Source: Oikopleura dioica (Eukaryota; Animalia; Chordata). Taken from it: a stretch of 64,000 bases of DNA. The stretch covers positions 12,276,001 to 12,340,000 of the forward strand of contig OU015567.1 in assembly GCA_907165135.1 (NCBI GenBank), read 5' to 3'. Both the position numbers and the translations under genes were made by a program. Below the pieces are notes generated by a model. That model was not told the origin of the DNA. It saw nothing but the letters and a program-made list of their open reading frames with translations, and did not search any database. This document shows, piece by piece, positions 26,026 through 36,149 of the stretch (its first letter is position 1; the number at the start of each line of letters is the position of its first letter).

Positions 26026-28364
26026 GGTCTAAGAAATGAGACGGCGAGAATGAAAAAAAATTGGCCACATAAAGTCAGTCTAAAAACCCGTCAGAACAGG
26101 GCAATTTTCACATTTTACGGACCCCCCCGTCAAGATTTGGAAATAACGAATTTTGAAATTTTGACCTCGGATTCGAGTTCCTCATGCCGAAAAACTATTT
26201 TTTCGCTTCATTTTTTGTCGCTCTATCTCCACTCTAACACCCTGAAAATTTGAGTTAAAGTTTTGAAAATCGTAATGGTGATGCGCTGAGAGCGTACTAG
26301 GCGCGAGTAACATTTTCACGGAAAATGTGTAAATCACGGATTTTTGCTAATTTCATTATTGGAAAGCATATTTTTATTAATAAATTAACATAAATTATTA
26401 TTTTTCAAGTGAAACTTTCTATGAATTTCAAAAATAACAGCGTGGTGCCCTCAAGGTTGACCCAAGCTTTATTTTTCTTTTTAAAAAAATTTTATAACTT
26501 AAGGTTCTCCCAGAAAAATCGATGTTTGAAACTTTAACCTACTCTCAAGACACCCTTAAGAAGTGGACGAGGGTGCCTGTACTTCTGGTGCCCTAGACCA
26601 ACTATCGGGCTATACTATAGGACCAAAATTTTTCGAAAATCTTAAGGGGGTCACTCCAAAATTACTGTTTGAAAAAGTTGTTTTCACATGACGGAGGGGT
26701 CCTTAAGGGGCTCCCCAACGATTTTTCGATTTTTCGAATCTGAATTTTTTCTCTTCAGATTATAATTCTCATCCAAAAAACTGTGTTCAAAACGTTAGCA
26801 TTTTTCGATTTTTTTTTAAAAATTGTCTTGAATTAATCTTGAAGTGTCAAATTTTTAAAAATCAAACTTATTTACCTGGGCATTTTTTGCGAAACAGCTC
26901 GAGTCACAACATTTTTCGCATTTTCCTTCTCCTTGTCCGTTTTTGGCGAGCAAAGAGCATCTGTTGATCCTTGAGAATAACGGTTGAGAGCCGCTCCATT
27001 TGAGCCGCCGATGTTCTGGCGGATACGTTCCAACTTATAGGCCGAGTCATTTTGCGGGTGGGCTGCGTTCACTGGGATCTCGGTCGAGAAGCGGTGGTCA
27101 TACTCGGTCGAGTAGCGTGCGCGGGGGTTGTTTAGCGACGGCGCAGAGTAGCGGTTTTGGTTGCGATTCGTTTGAATGTCCCCATAAGGACTGAAATAGG
27201 AAATAAAAAGAGAGGGAAGTACAAAAGCCTTTTTGTCAAACAGAATATTTTTTCTTGAATTGCGCTATTTGAAATCTGTTGTTTCACCGATTGATTCAGG
27301 CGGATTTTCTAAGCTTAAGATGATCAGTGCAAAAATATGTCTTGAGCGCCTTCATCCAGCGCAAAAACGCCGTCGAAATGCAGCAAAGCCAAAACAAGAA
27401 CAAAGCTCTTTGTGTTGAACTTCTGAAGCTGTTAACTATTGACAAGAATTAAAGGACTCTTGAAGCAATTTGAAGTGAATTTATAAAGATTTTACAGTGG
27501 CTGACATTTTTTGAGCTCTCTTACGAACTGCCAAAGTGTGCGTCGCCCGCGCTTTTCCGATAGTATCTACAGTAGCTTATTGTACGCTTGTACTGTTTCT
27601 TTGGGGGGACTGACATTAAGTAACCTGACTCAGAGTTCTGAAACAATATCCATAAAAGCCGCGTGTCGGCTTTTTCAAAAACAAAGCCGCAAAGCGGTTT
27701 CGCCAGAATTCAAAAATAAGCAAGAATGGTAGTTTTACAAACCCGGACTCAGATTTTTACACAGGTTGCCGAACCCAGTCTCCAATAGCAAGTTCAAACA
27801 TTTAACTAAAAAAATTATCAAATATATTCAATTTATGTTCGTTGATCATTAATTTCTGCCTGAAAAAGATGTCAAGTCCCTCAAAAATTTTGGTCAATAA
27901 AAGGATAATAATTATGTGCATTAACGCGTAGAAAGTTGTATATTCAAGAACTTGGATGTACGATGCTTGTATTTCACACTTTATTTGCACTGACAATTTT
28001 TTTGGTTCAATAGAATATTTTGACAAAAATTGACATCAAAAATTGAAAATTTGCATATTTTTATTCATGAAAAACTTTATTTCGCTCTTTTTTAATAAAA
28101 TTTAAGGGTATACCCCTCTTTAAATTCATTTTTTTTATAAAAAACGAAAATCTGAGTCTAATGGTGGATAGAAAAGGGTTGACAAAATCAGGCGGCGAAA
28201 ACTAGAAAAAATTTTGGCCAAAAAAAATCGGTCAAAAATCCCATCATAGTAGGGGCATTATCGCGAAAATGCACCAAAAATGGTCATTTTCTTTTCATTT
28301 TTTTTTCATTTCACCCCCTAAATCTTATGAAGGGGGCGAGTTCCTTAATAAACCATCAATATTT

Positions 28365-28892
28365 TTACCTTTGAATTGATTCCGGTGTTTCTTTGTCAAG
28401 TTTGAATCTATCGTCATTAAAGTTCTGTTCCATTTGAAAGTTTCGTCGTGAGTTTTTTTCGAATTTGGCAGCTTGAAAAGGCGCTTGGAACTCTCTTTTG
28501 ATTCGAAAATCGGGCAAAAGAACCGGTTGTTCCATAAGAGAGTCAGCTTTGTTAATCTCAGAGAGGTGTTTATTACATACATCACGTGCAATTAATATTA
28601 ATTTTGTTTTAAATCTAGGTTGAATATTTATCCGTTTAACGGATGAAATGAAATTGGGAAAATTTTCCGAAAGATAGTATAAACTAAAATACTTCTTATC
28701 AATTTTTAAATTATGTAATCTTTGTAAAAGATGATGGGGAATCCCTCTCGTCTTTCTAACACCGTAAAGCTCTCTAAGTTCCTTCTCTCTCTCTTGTCGC
28801 TCTTGCTCTTTTTTGCCCTGATTTTTCATTTTTATGATAAATTGAACGAATTCGAAGTTAAATTTACCAGTAAACAACTGACAGATATGCAT
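28365..28892 (-). CDS. Unknown basic protein exon (element cargo)
   Basis: 175-aa ORF, MKNQGKKEQERQEREKELRELYG..., with no recognisable family. Confidence 0.4.
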   Translation of the reverse strand: MHICQLFTGKFNFEFVQFIIKMKNQGKKEQERQEREKELRELYGVRKTRGIPHHLLQRLHNLKIDKKYFSLYYLSENFPNFISSVKRINIQPRFKTKLILIARDVCNKHLSEINKADSLMEQPVLLPDFRIKREFQAPFQAAKFEKNSRRNFQMEQNFNDDRFKLDKETPESIQR

Positions 28893-29280
28893 CAGATTGA
28901 AATCATTTTGTCAGTAAAATTGTACCTTTGAAAGGTAGATTTTTATCAAGAACACCTGCTTTATTCCGCAACACAAGTCGCCAAGATTTTCAATCATCCC
29001 TTTCCCAACTCTCTTAACTTGGATAAAGAACTGGTTGAAGAAATGGCGATGAAAGAAATCTCTGATATCGAATCGTTGCGAAAAGAAATCTCCGGCAAAA
29101 TCGAAGATTACGGAAAGTTATTTGACTCGATCAGTGATAATTGCTGGAAGAATATGGAAGCTGGCGATGTCTCAAAGCATTTTACGTGCCGATCGCTGTC
29201 AAGAATTTTGAGATCCGGCCAACAACTCAAGAATTCTCTGGGTTTTATGAAAACGCAAAGACAGAAAAAGAAGCCCTGGC

Positions 29281-29750
29281 GTCGAGTTTGAGCTTCTTCA
29301 GCCGCAGTTTGACGATAGCGAGAAAACTGAGCTCGTCTCTGATGTCGAAGATGAAGAAGTCGAGGTCGAGCAAGTACTCATTGAAGAACAGCAAGCGCTT
29401 TTGGAAGAAGACGCTTAGAAGAAGCAAGAAAAGCCAGTAAATGTGATAACGCGCGCGAAATGATTGAAATAATGGATGGCGTGTTGGAAGTGAAATCAGA
29501 AGATGTCCTCAAAATCGATGTCCCAAAACCTGCATTCATGGATGATCCAGATAAAAAGGGAGTCTGATTGGACTAACGAAGAAGTTAAACAGGCAAAAGA
29601 GTACGATAAGAAAGATGCAGCTCTCGAAGAAGAGTGAACGAAGTTTAAAAAGTCACTCGAGATCGAAGCAAAAAAGATTCAGCAGGGAATCGTCGAGGGA
29701 ATGCACTCTTTTGATCTTACTAATTCAAGCCTGTACGCTTTTGCTTGAGC
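29281..29750 (+). pseudogene. CFAP43: Decayed fragment of cilia/flagella-associated protein 43 captured in the element
   Basis: FELLQPQFDDSEKTELVSDVEDEEV...DNAREMIEIMDGVLEVKSEDVLKIDVPKPAFM...WTNEEVKQAKEYDKKDAALEEE*TKFKKSLEIEAKKIQQGIVEGMHSFD matches the recalled CFAP43 C-terminal segment (MMGGVLEVKKEDIL..IPQPAFM..W.EEE.KQ.K.YEKK...L.EER.KYRKSLE.ELKKLQ). In-frame TAG/TGA stops and a frameshift. Confidence 0.7.
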
Positions 29751-30067
29751 AGACTGGTATTTGTGTCGTTTCGGGCTCTGGTTTCCGATAAAAATAAATC
29801 AACTGGCCCTAGAAGATAAGAAATAGACAGGAAACAGGTGTACTTGCTCTAACCCTGAGTCAGGGTCCCTACCTGTTAGTTTTCTGTCTATGGGACACCG
29901 TTTTGCGGTAGCAAACCTTAGTCAGGATTAGAAAAAGCTTTAATAAAGAGCCAAACAGCTCTTTCAAACCCTGAGTCAGGTTTCCACACAGGTTTTCGAG
30001 CCAAGCGAGCCCTTTTGAAATTTGACTATGATTTGACCCTTTTTTATAATTTTTAACCCCTCTTTTC

Positions 30068-31090
30068 AGGCCGGAAGCTGGCACTTTCGAACGATATTTA
30101 TGCCGCCATAAGAGAAGATGGAAAAATTCGCGAAGCTGTTCACCGAGTTCCACCTCAGAATCCTCGCCAAGTAAGAGTAATTTGTCGAAACGCCGCTTCT
30201 TAAATAAAAATGAAGAAGAGACGCTGTCCGACGAGCAAAAGACAGCCAAGGGTCTGGCGGAGATGCTCTGCGACCCATCGCGGACGAACGTCCAGCTGAG
30301 CTTTGAAAACGGCCAGAAAGCGACCCTCGAGCTCGCTAGAAGGCAAGAAGTTCCGTCCCAGGGCGATATTATTCGACCTCCGTTCAAAGAATATTCACTC
30401 AACTCGCCAAAAGCCCCAGAGCTCGCCAAAAAGAGCATGAACCTTGCCGAGAGCCAAAAACGAGCAAAAACACAAGCAGAAACACAAAAATAGATGCACC
30501 AGTTCTTCACTGCCGCTTGTTTTTACGCACTCAGCGCTAGTAGCTACCGTGAAGCCTATTTTTATTAACCTGGAAAAGTTTACTTACCAAATGTATCCAA
30601 AACATGCCACAAACTTCCAAACTGACGCTCAAACCTTTCCGATGGCCAAAAATGGCCCTGTAAAAGAGTCGCCAAAAAGCCAGGGAAAAATCACCGACTT
30701 CTGGAAGGCGAAAACGCCGAACAAAAGCGCCGTTGAAGATCAAGATCAGCCGCTGAAAAAATCCCCCAAAAAGACAGCGAAAACGATGACAGAAAAGTCC
30801 TCCCCTGAAAAAATGCCTGGTAAAAAAGCTGGAAGCCCTGGTGACAAGCGGCTTGAAAAACTCGGCCAAAAAGAGCCCGTTAAATCGAAAATTCCAAAAA
30901 TGGATGACGGCACGTCGAAGTTCTCTGTTGGGAGCGTCAGAGCTGTTTTAAACAGAGCCAAGTACGTTTTAATCCTCTTTTCTAGCGACTAAAGTACTTT
31001 CTTTATCCCAGAAATGATGATAGGAAATCTGGTTCCTTCGTGCGTTAGCGCCGCTGCGACTCAACTTTCAATTTTGTAAAATTGTGAAAT
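30068..31090 (+). CDS. Lys/Ser/Pro-rich protein with PIP-box-like motif (element cargo)
   Basis: ORFs 30182-30493 and 30444-30992 with GT-AG introns. QGKITDFW at 30681-30704. Confidence 0.45.
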
Positions 31091-31204
31091 GATGATTGTC
31101 TGCATTTTTTCTGTAACTGATTCCCAAACCTGCATCTATCCGATTTAAATTCAGTATATATAAAAGAGAAAATTACAAAATCGTGCTCAAGACATGGGAA
31201 TGGG

Positions 31205-31314
31205 TAGGGAAACTCGATGAAAAATGATCCTCAGCTTCTGGGCTTTCTAAATCTGTATTATACTCCCTCTCTACTAAGCCCAGAAAAAAGCTCATTTTTC
31301 ATCGAGTTTCCCTA
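31205..31314. mobile_element. 110-bp hAT-type MITE with 8-bp TSD
   Basis: TIR TAGGGAAACTCGATGAAAAATGA / TCATTTTTCATCGAGTTTCCCTA. TSD GGAATGGG at 31197-31204 and 31315-31322. Confidence 0.9.
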
Positions 31315-31708
31315 GGAATGGGCGATCTCTTTGCCAGCCTTGTGCGAGTTGGCCGATCTTTCATAATCTAGAAGAACTCTTTATCGTAATTCCGCCTTGC
31401 CAAACTCAAGTTAAACCGATTTTCCTGCGAAAAGTTGCGACGTTTTTAAAGCGACTCTTTGTGACTTCCCAATTTCGACTTAATTAGAATTCCATCACGT
31501 GGCTTCCCACAGTAACTGTTAAAAGACGAACGTGCAATCAAGATGCACCAAGCACAAGTTGCTACTGATCATCTGATCATTATCGTGGCTGGCCCCTTAA
31601 TCAACTCCGCTTTTTAAAACGCGACATGCTGTGATTTCCTGCTGGGGTGACTTTTCTAAAACAATTCTAACAAAACTCGGCAAAAGATAGATATATATAT
31701 ATATTTAT

Positions 31709-32177
31709 TTAACAATATCTATCAGCAAATCGGTAATGAAAACGACGGTGATAGCGCATTCCACAAATAAAAATCGTTGATGTTGTCGAAAGTGCCGTCG
31801 AAGAAGTCGTTGTCGTAGTAGTGGTCGTTGTCGTAGTAGTGGTCGTTGTTGTCGTGGTGGTCGTTGTTGTCGTGGTTGGCTCATCTCCTGGTAGAACTAA
31901 ACAAAATAAAGATTTTCATCATTTCAAGTTCAACTCTAAGATTTTTATCAATTGTCAACTGATGACTTTTGATAATTGCCCCGAAAACGAAAGTCCGAAT
32001 TAGCGACACCAAGCGAGCAGATTTCTTTTTTTGATTTTTACCTGAAAAGAAGACGACAAAAGCAATAAAGCTGAGGAAAACAAGAAGCGCAACTATTTTC
32101 TCTTTCATCTCTACTCTGGATAGTTTATCACGATCTTCCATTTTTATCAGGGGTTTCTTTATTGACATTTTCAGCAT
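31709..32177 (-). CDS. Small membrane protein with poly-Thr stalk (element cargo)
   Basis: TM segment IVALLVFLSFIAFVVFF in ORF 31881-32231. After a short intron DEPTTTT(~20 Thr)SSTALSTTSTIFICG...RYC*. Confidence 0.5.
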
Positions 32178-32688
32178 TTTGAGCCAGAGTCCCTCCAATA
32201 AGTTATTTTGAACTTTGACTGAAAGCGTCAAAAATGTCGATAAAAAAACCCCTGGGTTTTATTGTCTTCGTAAAAGAAAAATTATTCTTGAGTTTTAATA
32301 ATCAAAAGGACTCTCAACTTCTTAAATCTTTCAAAAAGAGGGCGCTCTAGGAGGAGAGCGCTCGCCGCGGGCGGGAAACAAACGGTGAATTTACAGATAA
32401 TCAGTAAAGACTATCATTATCCTTGTTCAAATTTATGATAAAAATCATTATTTTTATAAATAAGATGCTCATTTAAAAGAATTTTATTTAAAATCTGTCA
32501 AAAATTCCGATCAAAAATCGAAATCTTGGCTCTAGAATCAAAGATAATCAAAACCGGAAGTCGAATTTTCGTTCAGTCAGATAAAAAACTTTATTTGAAT
32601 TAGTATTACCATCCATAAAGCGTTGAAATTTAGTAAAAATGCGACTTTTATCATTTTTCTAGTAAAAATTTGTTTTGATCATATCTTC

Positions 32689-32976
32689 GGATTGCGATGA
32701 GTAATTTTCGATCTGAAGCAATCATGACAATCCTCGGATCATAGAGAATAATTGAGCCCAAAAAAAATCCGAAAAAATAAGTACCCCTGGTCCCTAGGCG
32801 AGTTCGTAACTTTTTCTTAGATCTCGCCGCCTGGGCACTAGAATCGTAAAAACCAAAATTTTTTTTCAAGATTCTTGAATGGCAGTTCAAGCTTGACATA
32901 ACTGCACTTTTAGATTTTCGAAAATATTACGTTTACGATGTTTTGTCAAAACCGAAAATTTATATTTTTCCGTCCC
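32689..32976 (-). repeat. Right terminal inverted repeat (288 bp)
   Basis: Reverse complement of 15391-15676. Confidence 0.95.
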
Positions 32977-33710
32977 ACTGCGAATCCTTTCACGCCAACA
33001 AATGGCCCTGCAAGCACGACTTCAGGTTTCGTTCTCGATTAATTTTCCTACTTTTGATTTTCGACAATATATGAACGTGAAACAGGGCCCTGTAAAACCT
33101 TAGAAGGGTTGATATCAGCGCAATATGTGGACGCATGGATGAGGCACGACAAATTTGGATTCGCGGTTGAAATAAAAGTTCCTGCAAATCTTCTTGATTT
33201 CTCGATTTCAATGGATTTTCAGGGCAGTAATTCATTCAACATACAGGTTGTAAAATGAGCTCCGGTCTCCGATAATTGTTTAATTTAGACTTGGAATTTG
33301 GAATATTGGAACTTCTACCGTGGCAATACTTTTGTTGTGCTTCATTCAAAACGTAGCCCAGAAGATTTAGAAGATCGTTTTTCAAAACTCATTGTTGTTG
33401 AAGGCCTCAATCTTCAAAAATATCGTACGTTCAGCTTCATTTATAAACGTTCTTAAAAAATTCTAGCAATCATTCAATTCTACGGAGGAAAAGTAAAGAA
33501 TCACAACTGCTTCAATGGCAACGTACTAAGTCGAAACAATATTCCTCAGATAGGAAGAAGCTATGAAGAAATTCTGGATAGAAAGAAGTTCAGAAAACGA
33601 AATCTTACGAAAGCATCAGTTCATAACGTCAGAAAATTATACTTTCCACAAAAAAAATAATATTTTAGGTCGTGATACGGAACAACAAGCTCTTCGTCAA
33701 TCCTATTTAA
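32977..33710 (+). CDS. 3' part of the interrupted secreted gene
   Basis: In frame from the ACT TSD: TANPFTPTNGPASTTS, then spliced exons GPCKTLEGLISAQYVDAW..FAVEIKVP..., TWNLEYWNFYRGNTFVVLHSK..., IIQFYGGKVKNHNCF...NVVIRNNKLFVNPI* ending at 33710. Confidence 0.7.
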
Positions 33711-34169
33711 ATGAATGAACTGTACATGCTCGAAACTGTAACTAAGAAATATATTTTTACAAAAAAGATCTTCTGTTATTTCTGAGACGCAGTTTTTGAT
33801 CAGGAAAGTTTAAAGGAAGCACACGAGCTGCTGAATTTGATCAAATGTCAAGAAACTTCGGGCAATTCATTTGAGGTTCTTTTTTGTTTTCGGTTTTTGG
33901 TTGTCTGCTATTTAATAAATTTTTTCCACTGATAAAGTGGAATAAACAAGAGAATCGTAAATATGAAGATTCTTACGTCAGTCGTTCTCGCTTCAGGAAA
34001 CGTAGATAGAGCAGTTCTTACGAAGAAATATTCTGAGAGCCTTGAATATCTATTTTTAAGTTTCATCACAAATTGGAGAAGTCCGCAACGACCTGAAATG
34101 TGGTAAATCAGCAGGTTTTGCCATTTGTTCCTCTGACAGTAACTCGTCCAGTTGCTGTAATCATGCTCA

Positions 34170-35133
34170 TGGCCAATGCCGTTCTTCTCAGTCGAACACT
34201 TGCGACTGTCCCACTTGTGTCGATTTCTCGGCGTTATCACGTGGCCTCCTGCAGATAAGGTCCAAGTTAGCGCAAGGAAGGGGAAACCGACTGTCTAAAT
34301 ATAATTCTTGAGCTTTCAGTTTCGCTGGATAACCCGGACAAAGACTATGAGCCGACAATTAAGGGTCTTTTGCTACAAAACGCAGACCTGTCGCTAGAGT
34401 GGGCAATGACCAAGATCCCTCACAGCCCAAATATCAAGAAGATTCTCGATCGAGTCAAATTTAGAACTTCCGAGCTGATCAAAAGCATCGAAACAAACGA
34501 TTGCACCACAGTTGATATTACCGAACCAGTCAGGAAAAGAATTTCAATGCATGTGAAAAAATTAAATGTGAGAAAAAAAAGTCTTTTTAAAAATTTAATG
34601 AAAGCACGGAGCTTTTGACTCAAGTGGCTAACATTCAAGTCAACGAGCAATTTGGAGCGATCTTTGGCCCTGTGATCGATGAGTACTTTGCCAAGTGCAC
34701 TTCGGCGAAAAAAGACAAACTTCTGAAAAGAATGAACAGGATTAACGCAGTTGTTACTCAGTCCTGTAATGAATTGAATTTGGCCTGCCCTGGGTTTAAG
34801 AAAGCATCGTTCTCATCGGAAGAAACTTCGGGTAAGACAAATTGAAATTCATCAAAATTAAATTTTTTTATTTACCAAATCATTTTCTTAGAAACCGGGC
34901 TAGCGCGTGCTCGACCAAGATTTTCGTCCTCCTGGTCATCCATTAACAATATTCCGGGCCCTGCTAGCTGGCAACAAGGCGTAAACAATATCGCTCATAA
35001 TCATCCGAATGCCTCTCAAAACCGACCATACGGTCGCCCAAGTCACACGCCAACAAACAGTCGTCCTCACTCGTCTAATAACTGGAGTACAAATCAAAGG
35101 TACAATACCCAGTCGTCAAAATTAATACTATGA
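34170..35133 (+). CDS. Unknown spliced protein with low-complexity Ser/Asn/Pro tail
   Basis: Exons VSLDNPDKDYEPTIKGLLLQNADLSLEW..., QVANIQVNEQFGAIFGPVIDEYFAKC..., TGLARARPRFSSSW...KLIL* with GT-AG junctions. Not recognised. Confidence 0.45.
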
Positions 35134-35437
35134 ATCTTTGAATAGGCCTCCTCAAAGCGCATGGATTAAGATTCCAAAATTCAGTGGCAAATTTTCCGGA
35201 AGAAATATGGACGAGAATTCGGGTATTTCGGTAAAACATTATAAAAGAAAATAATTGTTTTCAAGGTCCTTTCGTGAACTTGTACAAACATCGAAAAGAT
35301 GGAAGCTACAATATTCGCCGTCACTTTGAAGGATAACTAATTTGTAATTTGTATCTAACACTTTTTTAATAAAAGACAAAAAATCAAGTTCAAAATTTAT
35401 TTGAATTTACAGAAAAGGAGAAAAGTGCACAGAAGAG

Positions 35438-35908
35438 TTACTTTGGAGATTGTTTGCGTTCGAGTTTCTTCAGATGTCCTCGAATAAATGGCAGAAGTTT
35501 CTTTGCTTCCTGTACTTGTCGGCTGTAGCGCTTGAGTTTCTTGTCAGTTTCCCAATCTTTCGCCTCTGCGTTCCGAAGAATCGGGTTTGGCCTTCCATCA
35601 TCGTCGTGGTGCCCGATAATCGTGTGGAGCTGGAACAGGGCTTTGTAGATCATTCGTTCTTGAGTAGAAGCTGCAGGAGGATCCGCGGTTTTTGGGCGGC
35701 CATCGAGGGGAGAGTTGCTGCTTGATTCTTTCAAGAGTTCTTTGAGTCGCGTATCCAGTCCTAACGGGCTTGACTCTTCAGCTGGTTTTATCTTATTCGC
35801 TGGCAAGTTGAAAATATCATCTGATTTCCGCTTTCTCGACTCACTGGTCTTCTTTGGCTCAAAGTTGATTTTCTCGGTAGCTGGCATAATTCGCAAGTAG
35901 AGGTACAA
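35438..35908 (-). CDS. Unknown protein, NLS-like RKRK
   Basis: 156-aa ORF (MPATEKINFEPKKTSESRKRKSDD...). Not recognised. Confidence 0.45.
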   Translation of the reverse strand: MYLYLRIMPATEKINFEPKKTSESRKRKSDDIFNLPANKIKPAEESSPLGLDTRLKELLKESSSNSPLDGRPKTADPPAASTQERMIYKALFQLHTIIGHHDDDGRPNPILRNAEAKDWETDKKLKRYSRQVQEAKKLLPFIRGHLKKLERKQSPK

Positions 35909-36149
35909 TTAGTGTACTGGTTTTATTTTCTAGTAATGCCTAGGGGCGAATTCAATTATGAATTTCAAAAGTCAGATTGCTCGGTATTTATAGCGCGCGG
36001 TGGGTTTGATACAGCTGGTGCTAATTCATAGCTGCAGATGGCGCTTTTTCTCGAAAAGGCCGGGTGCAAGGCCAGCTGATTCTCGGGCCCTTGGATCGAT
36101 CGGAACATTGGTTTTATTTTTCTTCACAAATTTTATTTCATAGAAACAG

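Larger units (their letters stand above)
15391..32976. mobile_element. Giant (17,586 bp) cargo-carrying TIR DNA transposon
   Basis: Inverted repeats 15391-15676 and 32689-32976 (GGGACGGAAAAATATAAATTTTCGG... / ...CCGAAAATTTATATTTTTCCGTCCC). ACT on both flanks (15388-15390, 32977-32979). The host reading frame resumes after the right end. Internal transposase-like gene. Confidence 0.9.

Noticed and set aside
26040-26860. Several CTTAAGGG-containing GC/AT-patterned segments as additional MITEs
   Set aside because: They look repetitive, but I could not pair TIRs or TSDs confidently by eye.
29869-30510. 213-aa minus-strand ORF
   Set aside because: It is antisense to plus-strand exons with proper splice signals and has no recognisable motif.
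32651-32899. 82-aa ORF and the matching text near 15480-15680
   Set aside because: It lies within the terminal inverted repeat and is incidental.
15391-32976. Classification as Polinton/Maverick or LTR retrotransposon
   Set aside because: No pPolB, packaging ATPase, capsid, retroviral integrase, RT or LTRs were seen. The TSD is 3 bp, not 6 bp or 4-6 bp.
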